From assembly GCA_963651465.1 (NCBI GenBank), contig CAVJPS010000016.1:293-64292 (forward strand): 64,000 nucleotides of DNA, read 5' to 3'. Both the position numbers and the translations under genes were made by a program. How positions within the stretch are numbered: position 1 is the stretch's first letter; every line of letters begins with the position of its first letter. The DNA comes from a bacterium (GTDB lineage Bacteria; Bacillota_I; Bacilli_A; RFN20; CAG-826). Below, in pieces: positions 8,810 to 17,744 of this stretch. The notes beneath the pieces are model-generated. The model saw only the letters and a program-made list of their open reading frames with translations, made no database searches and had not been told where the DNA came from.

Positions 8810-11035
8810 TTAATTCTTTACCCATGAAACAATATTATTTTTTCTTATCTTCCAACAACTTATATATGTAATGATTAGCGTACTAATTACTAATAAAATC
8901 ATTGGTAATAAAAATTTTCCAAAACTAAACTTTATTACATTATATATTATTGTACTTTTTGTTAATAAAGATGTAACCTCATTTATCGCTTTTATTAAGA
9001 AATACGATACAATAAATGATGGTATTGATAATATCACAATATAAAAAAAATATCTTATTGTGATACATAAACTCATATCTTTCTTTTTAAATCCTAAAGA
9101 TAAAAGAATACCAATATTGCCTTTTTGATTCTTAATTAATGTACTTATATCTTTGAGTAAATAAGCCACAACAAATATACAATTTAAAATAGAAAATATC
9201 CAAAAGAACCCCAAGTAATAATTGATGTTTATAAAAATATTATTTATATCTGTTGAGTACATACTCGATAGTACGATACTAGGGTTATCATATGCTTTAT
9301 CAAAGTTTGATATAGGTAATTTATATATTCCACCACTAAAACAATCACAATAGGTTTTGTATGCAATATTAAAAGCATTATCCATTAAACAAATAGCATT
9401 TGTTTGCTTATAACTGGTAGGCAAATCAATTACACCTACTATTTTAATGGAGGAAAAATTTAGAAACAAGGTATAACTATTTTTGAGTTGTTCGAAATAA
9501 TTAATATAATAATTTTCTTCATAATTTGTATTATACAACTCTTCATAAGAGATACCTAATTTTTTTCTATAAAATTCACTAATTAATATCTCATTGTCAG
9601 TCTTAGGCATTCTCCCGTTTAATAGATACTTCGAATATTCATCTTCTATTTTTATGATGTTACAATAAGTTCTTTTGGAACTATCTTTTTCCAATTCCTT
9701 TCCTATATCCTTTGCTAAAATATTATTTACAATAATGTAATCGCGGTAATTATTCAAAATATAATATATATCATAACAATACAAAGTTCTTATATAATAA
9801 GCTCCATCATGTGAATCGATTTTTTCACTCACTTCACCATATTTAAAATCACATTTATAATATCCACATATTTCATAATTTGTACCACCAAGATTAATAA
9901 TATTATTATAATTATTTTCTTCATACACATAATCAGTAACAATTACTTCATCTTGAGTTTGTGGTAATCTTCCTTCTAAAAGTTTGTTTTCATCAAACCA
10001 TTTAACATCAGAAAGATAATACCAAATAGGCCATATTGAATCATCACGTTCCGACTTAATACTATATAATTCCTCTAATTCACCAAATTCATTATTAATC
10101 TCATTAAAGGTATACCCTTCAGTGTATTCATGATCATTAGAACGGTTGTACTTAATATAAATACTATCTTCGTTATTGTATTGAAATGTATCGCGAATTG
10201 ATTCTTTATTATTTGCAGACTGTATTGCCAAAGAGGAAGTAGTGAAAGCACACATAAAACAAAGTACAAATATAAGCCCGAAATTTTCTAATGGGCTGTT
10301 TTTAACAATTTTTTCACTAACATAGCACATTTTTTTTACACTAGATTTTTTCCTATTTATAGATATGTTAGAAGCAGTAATATTTTCATCTATTATTTTG
10401 TCTTGGTTTAATATTGTTCCATTTTTGATATTCAAAATATTATCAGCGTATTTTTTAGTAAGTTGGCTATCATGAGATACAACAATTACCAAAATATCTT
10501 TAGATAATTCTTTTAAAATATTCATTATTCTTTCGGTATTTTTAAAATCTAAATTTCCAGTAGGCTCATCACAAAGTAAAACTTTTGGAGATTTGATAAT
10601 TGCACGAGCAATAGCAACTCTTTGCTTTTGACCCGCTGATAACTCATTAATTAATTTATTTCCAAGTTTTGCCAATCCCCATTTACTTAACGTACTGTCT
10701 ATATCAACGTAAAATTTTTCGTTCGTGCATATTTTAATATTTTCAATTACAGTTAAATTCTCAATTAATTTAAAATCTTGAAATATGTAACCAATGTAGT
10801 CCAATCTTAATTGTTCAATGTCTTCATTTTTTAATTTATTAATGTCTAACCCGAAAAATTGATATTCTCCATCAAAAGTATCAATTAATCCAAGTACATT
10901 TAACAATGTTGTTTTACCAGCTCCGGATTCTCCATTGATTATATACATTCCTTTTGAATCAAATGTGAAATTTATATTGGATATACCGTCACAAGAATTA
11001 TCATATATTTTACTAAGACCATTTAGTTTAATCAT
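8810..11035 (-). CDS. Fused ABC ATPase + FtsX/MacB-type permease (741 aa), paralog of the downstream gene
   Basis: Walker A GESGAGKTT. Signature LSAGQKQR. Walker B LLCDEPTGNLD. H-loop VSHD. Same domain order as 6581-8794, with a 15-nt gap to that gene. Confidence 0.85.
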   Translation of the reverse strand: MIKLNGLSKIYDNSCDGISNINFTFDSKGMYIINGESGAGKTTLLNVLGLIDTFDGEYQFFGLDINKLKNEDIEQLRLDYIGYIFQDFKLIENLTVIENIKICTNEKFYVDIDSTLSKWGLAKLGNKLINELSAGQKQRVAIARAIIKSPKVLLCDEPTGNLDFKNTERIMNILKELSKDILVIVVSHDSQLTKKYADNILNIKNGTILNQDKIIDENITASNISINRKKSSVKKMCYVSEKIVKNSPLENFGLIFVLCFMCAFTTSSLAIQSANNKESIRDTFQYNNEDSIYIKYNRSNDHEYTEGYTFNEINNEFGELEELYSIKSERDDSIWPIWYYLSDVKWFDENKLLEGRLPQTQDEVIVTDYVYEENNYNNIINLGGTNYEICGYYKCDFKYGEVSEKIDSHDGAYYIRTLYCYDIYYILNNYRDYIIVNNILAKDIGKELEKDSSKRTYCNIIKIEDEYSKYLLNGRMPKTDNEILISEFYRKKLGISYEELYNTNYEENYYINYFEQLKNSYTLFLNFSSIKIVGVIDLPTSYKQTNAICLMDNAFNIAYKTYCDCFSGGIYKLPISNFDKAYDNPSIVLSSMYSTDINNIFININYYLGFFWIFSILNCIFVVAYLLKDISTLIKNQKGNIGILLSLGFKKKDMSLCITIRYFFYIVILSIPSFIVSYFLIKAINEVTSLLTKSTIIYNVIKFSFGKFLLPMILLVISTLIITYISCWKIRKNNIVSWVKN

Positions 11036-11077
11036 AAATTTATCCTCATTAATATATTATCAAAAAGCGCTAATTAC

Positions 11078-11965
11078 TTAAAGTCCGGGGTAATATGAAT
11101 AATGAGAATTTGCATGATATATTATACCACCATTTGGATTTGTAGAATCCCATCTTACATATCTGCATCCAACAAAAGCATAACTATTAACTAAAATTGA
11201 TTGTCCTGCCGGAACCTTAAAAATACACAATGAATAAATTTCATACGATAAAGATATTTCAGAAATCTGGTAAATTTGCTGAGCATGACTATTCGAATAA
11301 TTAAATTTATATTTTAATGTAGAGTCATATGATGATGAATTCTCCAATTCGGCATTAATTGCTAGATTCTGAATACCGTTATTCAAAAGTTCAGTTGAAG
11401 GATTTACCACAAAAAGAAATACTTCTTTTATCAAACTTTTATCAACATCATTATTATAATATCCAAAGATATTATTAGGGCATATGTTTTCATCAAAACA
11501 AAATACACCTTCTAAATTATCATAAACGAATTGAGTTTCTTGGAATCCCTCAATTGTTAAATAATTAGGATTATCTACACTATTAACGTTAAACGAAACA
11601 TAATCAATTACGCCAACATAATTTCCTACCCATATTGGTGTTACAGTGATACAAGATAATAAGAAATAATAATTGTAATTCGTATTATAAGGATTATCTA
11701 CTTTTAAAGCATTTGTATAAAAACCCAATTTGCCTATTTGTTTATTTCCTTTGTAAACATAAGAATAACCAGTATTGCCTGGCGATTTTAAAAATGATCC
11801 TTCTTCAGTATAGCAATCAGAATCATATGAAATACCAAGCATAGTATCTTGAGTATCGTATGTTTTTAATATATTTTTTTTTAAATATAAAGTAGCGGCA
11901 GATGATTCTTGAACACTCAATAATGAGCACATTAAAAAGCTAAGTGTTTTTTGTATTTTTTTCAT
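11078..11965 (-). CDS. Secreted Asn/Tyr/Ser-rich protein (295 aa) of unknown function; first gene of the ABC operon
   Basis: Signal peptide MKKIQKTLSFLMCSLLSVQESSAA. No further TM. 42-nt gap to the next gene and no terminator between them. Confidence 0.65.
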   Translation of the reverse strand: MKKIQKTLSFLMCSLLSVQESSAATLYLKKNILKTYDTQDTMLGISYDSDCYTEEGSFLKSPGNTGYSYVYKGNKQIGKLGFYTNALKVDNPYNTNYNYYFLLSCITVTPIWVGNYVGVIDYVSFNVNSVDNPNYLTIEGFQETQFVYDNLEGVFCFDENICPNNIFGYYNNDVDKSLIKEVFLFVVNPSTELLNNGIQNLAINAELENSSSYDSTLKYKFNYSNSHAQQIYQISEISLSYEIYSLCIFKVPAGQSILVNSYAFVGCRYVRWDSTNPNGGIIYHANSHYSYYPGL

Positions 11966-12112
11966 ATTTTAATCCCTTTAAATATGTAGTTATTATATAA
12001 ATATGTATATTTTTAGTCAATGATATATTATTTAAACAATATTTAAAGTTATTATTTGTAATAAAAAAGAAAGTAAAATATATGTTATATTAATATAAAG
12101 TGAGGATAAATC

Positions 12113-12838
12113 ATGATTAAATTATCAAATGTTTCAAAAGAATACGTAAAAGGTATTAAAGTAATAGACAATATATCTTTAGAAATTAATAATGGTGAGA
12201 TATTAGGTTATCTAGGCCCAAACGGAGCTGGTAAAACAACTACCCTTAAAATGATTACTGGCATTACTTCTATTACTGAAGGAAATATTACTTTGGATAA
12301 TTATAATATTTACAATGAAGGATTTAAAGCTAAGAAAACTTTGGGATTTATTCCTGATAATCCTGATATTATGACACGTTTAAAAGGAATAGAATTTTTG
12401 CATTTTATGGCTAAAATATATGGTATTCCTACAAGTGAAGAACAAGAACGTATTAAAGAATTAGCTATACAATTTAAAATGACAGATGTTTTAGACAATC
12501 GTATTGAATCTTATTCTCACGGTATGAAGCAAAAAATTCAATTAATGGGAGTATTATTACATAACCCTACTAATTTAATTCTTGATGAACCTTTAACAGG
12601 TTTAGATCCTAAATCAATATTTGAATTAAAACAAATTATTAAGGATTACGCTAAACAAGGTCACGCTGTTGTTTTTTCAACTCACGTACTTGATGTAGCT
12701 GAAAAACTTTGTAATCGCGTAGCAATTATTAATAAAGGTAAATTAATGTTTATTGGAACTCTTAAAGAACTTAAGAATGCATATAAAGAAGACGAAAGTC
12801 TAGAAGCTATTTTCTTGGAGATGACTGCAAGTGAATAG
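12113..12838 (+). CDS. ABC-2 type transporter ATP-binding protein
   Basis: Walker A GPNGAGKTT. Signature-like YSHGMKQK. Walker B LILDEPLTGLD. Confidence 0.85.
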   Translation: MIKLSNVSKEYVKGIKVIDNISLEINNGEILGYLGPNGAGKTTTLKMITGITSITEGNITLDNYNIYNEGFKAKKTLGFIPDNPDIMTRLKGIEFLHFMAKIYGIPTSEEQERIKELAIQFKMTDVLDNRIESYSHGMKQKIQLMGVLLHNPTNLILDEPLTGLDPKSIFELKQIIKDYAKQGHAVVFSTHVLDVAEKLCNRVAIINKGKLMFIGTLKELKNAYKEDESLEAIFLEMTASE

Positions 12839-14561
12839 ATTTCTTACTTTAATAAATTTAATGCACCGAACTGGATGGCTATCTAATCTTGTTCATGGTA
12901 CAAAAAACGGTAAACAAAAATCAGTATTCTTAAAAGTTCTTATTTGTTTTGGTCTAGGCACAATTGTATTAGCAATATGTACCCTTCTATTTTTTATTTG
13001 TTACGGTATTATCAAAATAAGTGTTTTAGAAAATGGTGTTATTGATAGCCAATATTTAACAAATTTAATGACAATCTATGTACCGTTATATCTAGCAATG
13101 GTATTAGTATTTATTAGTATGATTGTCCTACATGTATTTTATCTTAATAACGACAATCAATTCTTTATGCCAATGCCTATTAAATCAACAGAATTGTTTC
13201 TTGCAAAATTCTTTTATGTTTTAGATTATTCTTACTTAGTGCAAGCCATATTAATTATTCCTTGTTATATTGCATTTAATTTAGTAATAGGATTTAAAGT
13301 ATATGTGGTTTTATCTCAAATAATTGCATTCTTTGCTCTTCCTTTACTACCATTTGCAATATGTATTTTAATTCAAAGACTTCTTGTTAAGATTATTAAT
13401 TTTGGTAAAAACAAAGGTATTTTATCTTTTATATGTTATTTATTATCGTTAGTATTACTTCTAGCAATGGAATTAATCTCAAGTACTGCAATAAACTTTA
13501 ATGGCGCTTTATCAAGTGATGCAATTAAATCTTTTAAAATTTCAATTAGTAATCTTGCGTCATCATTAAATGTTTCTAAGTTTGTATTTCATTCATTAGT
13601 AGCAGGATCTTTGAGTAATAATTTTTTTGGTTTCTTAAGCGTTATTGGTTTCCTATTAATAACTATTGCAATTACTGCAATTGTAATTACGATTGTAGCT
13701 CCTGGCTTTTCTAAAGTACTTGTTGATAATTCAAATAGTACACAAGTAATTAAAAAGAAACGTGATTTAGATACTATTATAAAAGAAGAAACAACTTCAA
13801 CAAAAAATCAACTCACTGCATATATTGTTAAAGAATGGCGTACTTTAATGCGTAATTCTAGTATTGTTATTTCCTATATTATTCCACCTATTTTAATGGT
13901 ATTAGTTTTAGGTAGTATTATTTTTATTACTTTATTTGTTGGCGATTCAACTAAAGAAGCTATGAATATATTAATAAAAAATATGCAAAACTTAGCTACG
14001 TTTGATAGTGGATTTGTAATATATTATATTGTTGCCATATCAGTTGGAGTATCCTCTTTTAATTTAACAAGTGCAACCGCAATTTCTAGAGAAGGTCAAA
14101 ATGCTTATTTTCTTAAATATACTCCAGTTACAAGTTTTAGAGTTATAATTGCCAAAATCTTCTGGCCTTTTATTCTTAATTCTGCAATATTAACTACTTT
14201 AATTATTAGTGTTGGATTTGTATTTAATTTATCTTGGTACATTGTTTTATTATCGTGGTTAGCATCAATTCTTATTACACTCTTTATTCAATTTTTAATG
14301 ATATCAATTGATTTAAAGCGCCCTTATTTAAATTGGACAAACGAAAGTGATGTAAATAAAAATCTTAATATGTTCTTATCTATATTATCGTGTGTATCAT
14401 TAATCATAATGTTTATAGGTATTGGCTTATTAAATCATTACATTACAAAACTAAATGTTGTTTTAGCCTTCTTTATTATAATAATAGTTGTAATAGCGTT
14501 AACCTTAATAATTACAATGCATTTAAAAAAAAGAAAAAGTCATGTATTTGATAATATATAG
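12831..14561 (+). CDS. Large polytopic membrane protein (576 aa), presumed permease partner of the ABC-2 ATPase
   Basis: GTG start overlaps the ATPase stop (AGTGAATAG). About 12 hydrophobic segments. Confidence 0.7.
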   Translation: MNRFLTLINLMHRTGWLSNLVHGTKNGKQKSVFLKVLICFGLGTIVLAICTLLFFICYGIIKISVLENGVIDSQYLTNLMTIYVPLYLAMVLVFISMIVLHVFYLNNDNQFFMPMPIKSTELFLAKFFYVLDYSYLVQAILIIPCYIAFNLVIGFKVYVVLSQIIAFFALPLLPFAICILIQRLLVKIINFGKNKGILSFICYLLSLVLLLAMELISSTAINFNGALSSDAIKSFKISISNLASSLNVSKFVFHSLVAGSLSNNFFGFLSVIGFLLITIAITAIVITIVAPGFSKVLVDNSNSTQVIKKKRDLDTIIKEETTSTKNQLTAYIVKEWRTLMRNSSIVISYIIPPILMVLVLGSIIFITLFVGDSTKEAMNILIKNMQNLATFDSGFVIYYIVAISVGVSSFNLTSATAISREGQNAYFLKYTPVTSFRVIIAKIFWPFILNSAILTTLIISVGFVFNLSWYIVLLSWLASILITLFIQFLMISIDLKRPYLNWTNESDVNKNLNMFLSILSCVSLIIMFIGIGLLNHYITKLNVVLAFFIIIIVVIALTLIITMHLKKRKSHVFDNI

Positions 14562-14610
14562 AAAAACAAAAAGGAGCAATCTAATAATAATTTAGATGCT
14601 CCTTTTATTT
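14562..14610. terminator. Bidirectional terminator (permease gene / rlmH)
   Basis: GGAGCA(A)TCTAA ... TTAGATGCTCC stem with an A-run on the left and a T-run on the right. Confidence 0.6.
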
Positions 14611-15084
14611 ATGGTATATTTTATGATTTATAATTGTAAAAGCACGATACACTTGTTCTAATACTAAAACACGTGTCATTAAATGAGTAAATGTCATCTT
14701 TGATAAAGATATTCTTTCATTTGCTCTTTTACGAACATCATCACTTAGTCCAGTTGAACCACCTATTACAAACGTAATAGTCGATTTTCCATTTGTCATT
14801 AGTTTATCTATCTTATTAGAAAATTCAATTGAATCAAATTGTGGTGCAACCAAATCTAATAAAAACACATATTCGTTGTCTTTTATTTTAGATAATAATC
14901 TTTCTCCTTCTTTAATACGACAATTAAGTTCATCATTTGGAGAAGGATTGTTTGGCTCTTTTTCATCTGCTACTTCAATTATTTCTACTTTAGCATACGT
15001 AGAAATTCTTTTAACATATTCTTTACTTAATTCAATAAGTGAAGGATCTTTTAATTTACCCACTGCGACTATTTTAATATTCAT
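14605..15084 (-). CDS. rlmH: 23S rRNA (pseudouridine1915-N3)-methyltransferase RlmH (SPOUT)
   Basis: 159 aa. The MNIKIVAVGKLK start and C-terminal ...LSKMTFTHLMTRVLVLEQVYRAF are typical of RlmH. Confidence 0.85.
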   Translation of the reverse strand: MNIKIVAVGKLKDPSLIELSKEYVKRISTYAKVEIIEVADEKEPNNPSPNDELNCRIKEGERLLSKIKDNEYVFLLDLVAPQFDSIEFSNKIDKLMTNGKSTITFVIGGSTGLSDDVRKRANERISLSKMTFTHLMTRVLVLEQVYRAFTIINHKIYHK

Positions 15085-15090
15085 AATATG

Positions 15091-15840
15091 TTACTCCTTC
15101 ACTATTAATGTATCGTTTTGAGTAGCACAAATAATTTTAATATTATCAAGAGAAACATTATTACGTTTAAAAGTATTGTGATACGTAAATAAAGCCAGTT
15201 CAGGAGTATTAGCTTCTTGAGATAAATGAGCCAATACAATAGTTCTAGTTTTATTTCCAACAATGTGAGAAATACATTCTGCACTATCATCGTTACTTAA
15301 ATGCCCATAATCACTTGCAATTCTTTTCTTTAAATTTTCTGGACGATCAGTATTCATTAACATTTTATAATCATGATTACTTTCAATAATGTAATAACTT
15401 GAATTTTCCATATACTCTAAATTTTTAGATGAAATATATCCTGTATCGGTCATATATGTAAGTTTTTCATGTTTATCTTCAATAATAAATCCAATTGGAT
15501 TTTTAGCATCGTGACTAGTAGGTAAAATAGTAATCTTAAAGCCTGCTATTTGATATGTTTCATAATGTTTTAATTCATTTATTATTGGAATATCATCTAA
15601 AGTCCCTTTAGCACAATAACACTTAGTACGGTCAATATGTTTGTCTACTCCCGATATATGATCACAATGGTCGTGAGTAAATAAGAAAGCATCGATATCA
15701 TCTAATGACAGCGATACTTCGTTTAACTTATTAACTAGTTTACGATTAGAAATACCTATATCAATAATAATAGAATGTTCATCATTACATACTAAAGTAC
15801 AATTTCCTTTTGATCCTGAAGCAAGTACGTAGATTTTCAT
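15091..15840 (-). CDS. Metallo-beta-lactamase fold hydrolase, YycJ/WalJ-like
   Basis: SGSKGNC and the HDHCDH (HxHxDH) motif. Position between dnaB and rlmH. Confidence 0.8.
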   Translation of the reverse strand: MKIYVLASGSKGNCTLVCNDEHSIIIDIGISNRKLVNKLNEVSLSLDDIDAFLFTHDHCDHISGVDKHIDRTKCYCAKGTLDDIPIINELKHYETYQIAGFKITILPTSHDAKNPIGFIIEDKHEKLTYMTDTGYISSKNLEYMENSSYYIIESNHDYKMLMNTDRPENLKKRIASDYGHLSNDDSAECISHIVGNKTRTIVLAHLSQEANTPELALFTYHNTFKRNNVSLDNIKIICATQNDTLIVKE

Positions 15841-15845
15841 ATTAA

Positions 15846-17255
15846 TTAAAATCCTTCTTCATCATCGTATGCTTTATCGTCAAAACGGCCAATACTTTTT
15901 GTAAATACCAAATCAACTTCACCAATAGCACCATTACGGTTCTTTGCTACTTGAATATTAACAATACCAGAAGTATTTCCGTTTTTGTCCATTGCTGGTT
16001 CATCATTTTCAGAACGTTTGCGAGTATCTAATCCTTGAGCTGTATAATAATCTTCACGATATAAAAGTAAAACTTGGTCAGCGTCTTGTTCAATAGCACC
16101 AGATTCACGTAAGTCGCTTAGCATAGGTTTACGGCTTGATGATGTTCTTGAATCAACAGAACGTGATAATTGAGAAATAACAAGGATTGGTACTTCTAAT
16201 TCACGAGCAAGTTGTTTTAAAGCACGAGAAACTTCAGAAACTTCAACTTGACGAGATTCAATTTTTGTCTTACCAGTTGTAATTAGACCGATATAATCAA
16301 TCATTAATAAACATAAGTCAGGTTGTTCCATTTTTAGTTTACGAGCTTTTGCAAGAATATCTGCTAATTTACTATTAGGTGTATCATCAATAAATAGTTT
16401 TGTATTAGATAATTCATCAATAGCTTGTTTAACAGCTAAGTAGTCTTTTTGAGATAGATGACCTGTTTGAATCTTATCAAGTTCAACACACGATCTATTT
16501 GCGATTAAACGTAATAATAATGCATTAGATGGCATTTCAAGTGAGAAAATACCAACAGCATTGTTACGTTTCAAAGCAGCATTCAAACATAGATTTAATC
16601 CAAATGCAGTTTTACCAACAGAAGGACGTGCAGCAATGATGACAATATCACTTTTTTGCCAACCGTGTGTTAACTTATTTAATTTCTTATAACCAGTTGA
16701 AACACCAGTAACACCATCTTCGTCAGTCTCTTTCATTGTGCGGATATCGACTAAAACACGTTTTGCAACATCAGCTGCTCTTTCAAAATCTGAAATCTTA
16801 CGTCTTTCTGCGACATGTTTAATTTCTTCACTAGTTGTACCAATAAAAGTAGAAACATCATCTACTTCTTTTGTTTGATATTGAGCTACAACATCTTCTA
16901 ACTTTTTAAGATAAGCACGTAAGACTGATTGGTCTTTAACCATTTCCATATAATGTTTATAGTTAGATGGGATAAGATTATAATCATTTAATTCTAATAA
17001 ATATTGAGTTCCACCGATCTTTTCAAAATCTTTTTGATTAATAAGTTCATTTGTAATAGATTGAACTTCAACCGGAACCTTTGCTTCATTTTGAATCTTA
17101 ATAATTGTATTAAAAAGAATACGGTGTCTTTCTTCAAAGAAATCATTAGCTTCTAATTGACTAGAACCTTCAATTAAAGCTTCTCTGTTCGACATCATTA
17201 AAGCAAGAACTGACTTTTCAGCTTCTATGTTATGTGGATACTTTTCATTTGTCAT
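15846..17255 (-). CDS. dnaB: Replicative DNA helicase DnaB
   Basis: Walker A ARPSVGKTAF. IDYIGLI. RecA-like C-terminal domain. Start trimmed to the ATG that follows SD AGGTGA. Confidence 0.9.
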   Translation of the reverse strand: MTNEKYPHNIEAEKSVLALMMSNREALIEGSSQLEANDFFEERHRILFNTIIKIQNEAKVPVEVQSITNELINQKDFEKIGGTQYLLELNDYNLIPSNYKHYMEMVKDQSVLRAYLKKLEDVVAQYQTKEVDDVSTFIGTTSEEIKHVAERRKISDFERAADVAKRVLVDIRTMKETDEDGVTGVSTGYKKLNKLTHGWQKSDIVIIAARPSVGKTAFGLNLCLNAALKRNNAVGIFSLEMPSNALLLRLIANRSCVELDKIQTGHLSQKDYLAVKQAIDELSNTKLFIDDTPNSKLADILAKARKLKMEQPDLCLLMIDYIGLITTGKTKIESRQVEVSEVSRALKQLARELEVPILVISQLSRSVDSRTSSSRKPMLSDLRESGAIEQDADQVLLLYREDYYTAQGLDTRKRSENDEPAMDKNGNTSGIVNIQVAKNRNGAIGEVDLVFTKSIGRFDDKAYDDEEGF

Positions 17256-17278
17256 AATTCTCACCTACTTGTAATAAT

Positions 17279-17728
17279 TTATTTTTTTTCGGTGACGTGA
17301 ACTTTAATTGTTCCAATGACACCTTTATATAATTCAACTTTGAAATTTGTAACACCAAAAGTATTAGCACTTTCACTATTAACAAATTTACGTTTATCAA
17401 CAACAATATTGTGTTTATTCTTTAATTCTTCAACAACTTGTTTTGAAGAAATTGAACCAAACATTCTGCCGTCTTTTCCTGCCGTTGCAACAAACTCTAA
17501 AGTAATACTACTTAATTTAGTAGCAATTTCTTCAGCATTTGCTTTTGCTTCGGCATCTTTTTGTTTTGCGTCAGCAATTTGGTTATCTAATATTTCTTTG
17601 GAACGTTCAGTAAATTTAACACCTAATCGACGTGGGATAATAAAGTTATTTGCGTATCCATCAGATACTTCAACAACATTACCCTTTTTACCTATATTTT
17701 TAACATCTTGTAATAAAATAACACGCAT
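17279..17728 (-). CDS. rplI: 50S ribosomal protein L9
   Basis: MRVILLQDVKNIGKKGNVVEVSDGYANNFIIP is the canonical L9 N-terminus. Confidence 0.95.
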   Translation of the reverse strand: MRVILLQDVKNIGKKGNVVEVSDGYANNFIIPRRLGVKFTERSKEILDNQIADAKQKDAEAKANAEEIATKLSSITLEFVATAGKDGRMFGSISSKQVVEELKNKHNIVVDKRKFVNSESANTFGVTNFKVELYKGVIGTIKVHVTEKK

Positions 17729-17744
17729 ATAAATGCCTCCTTGA

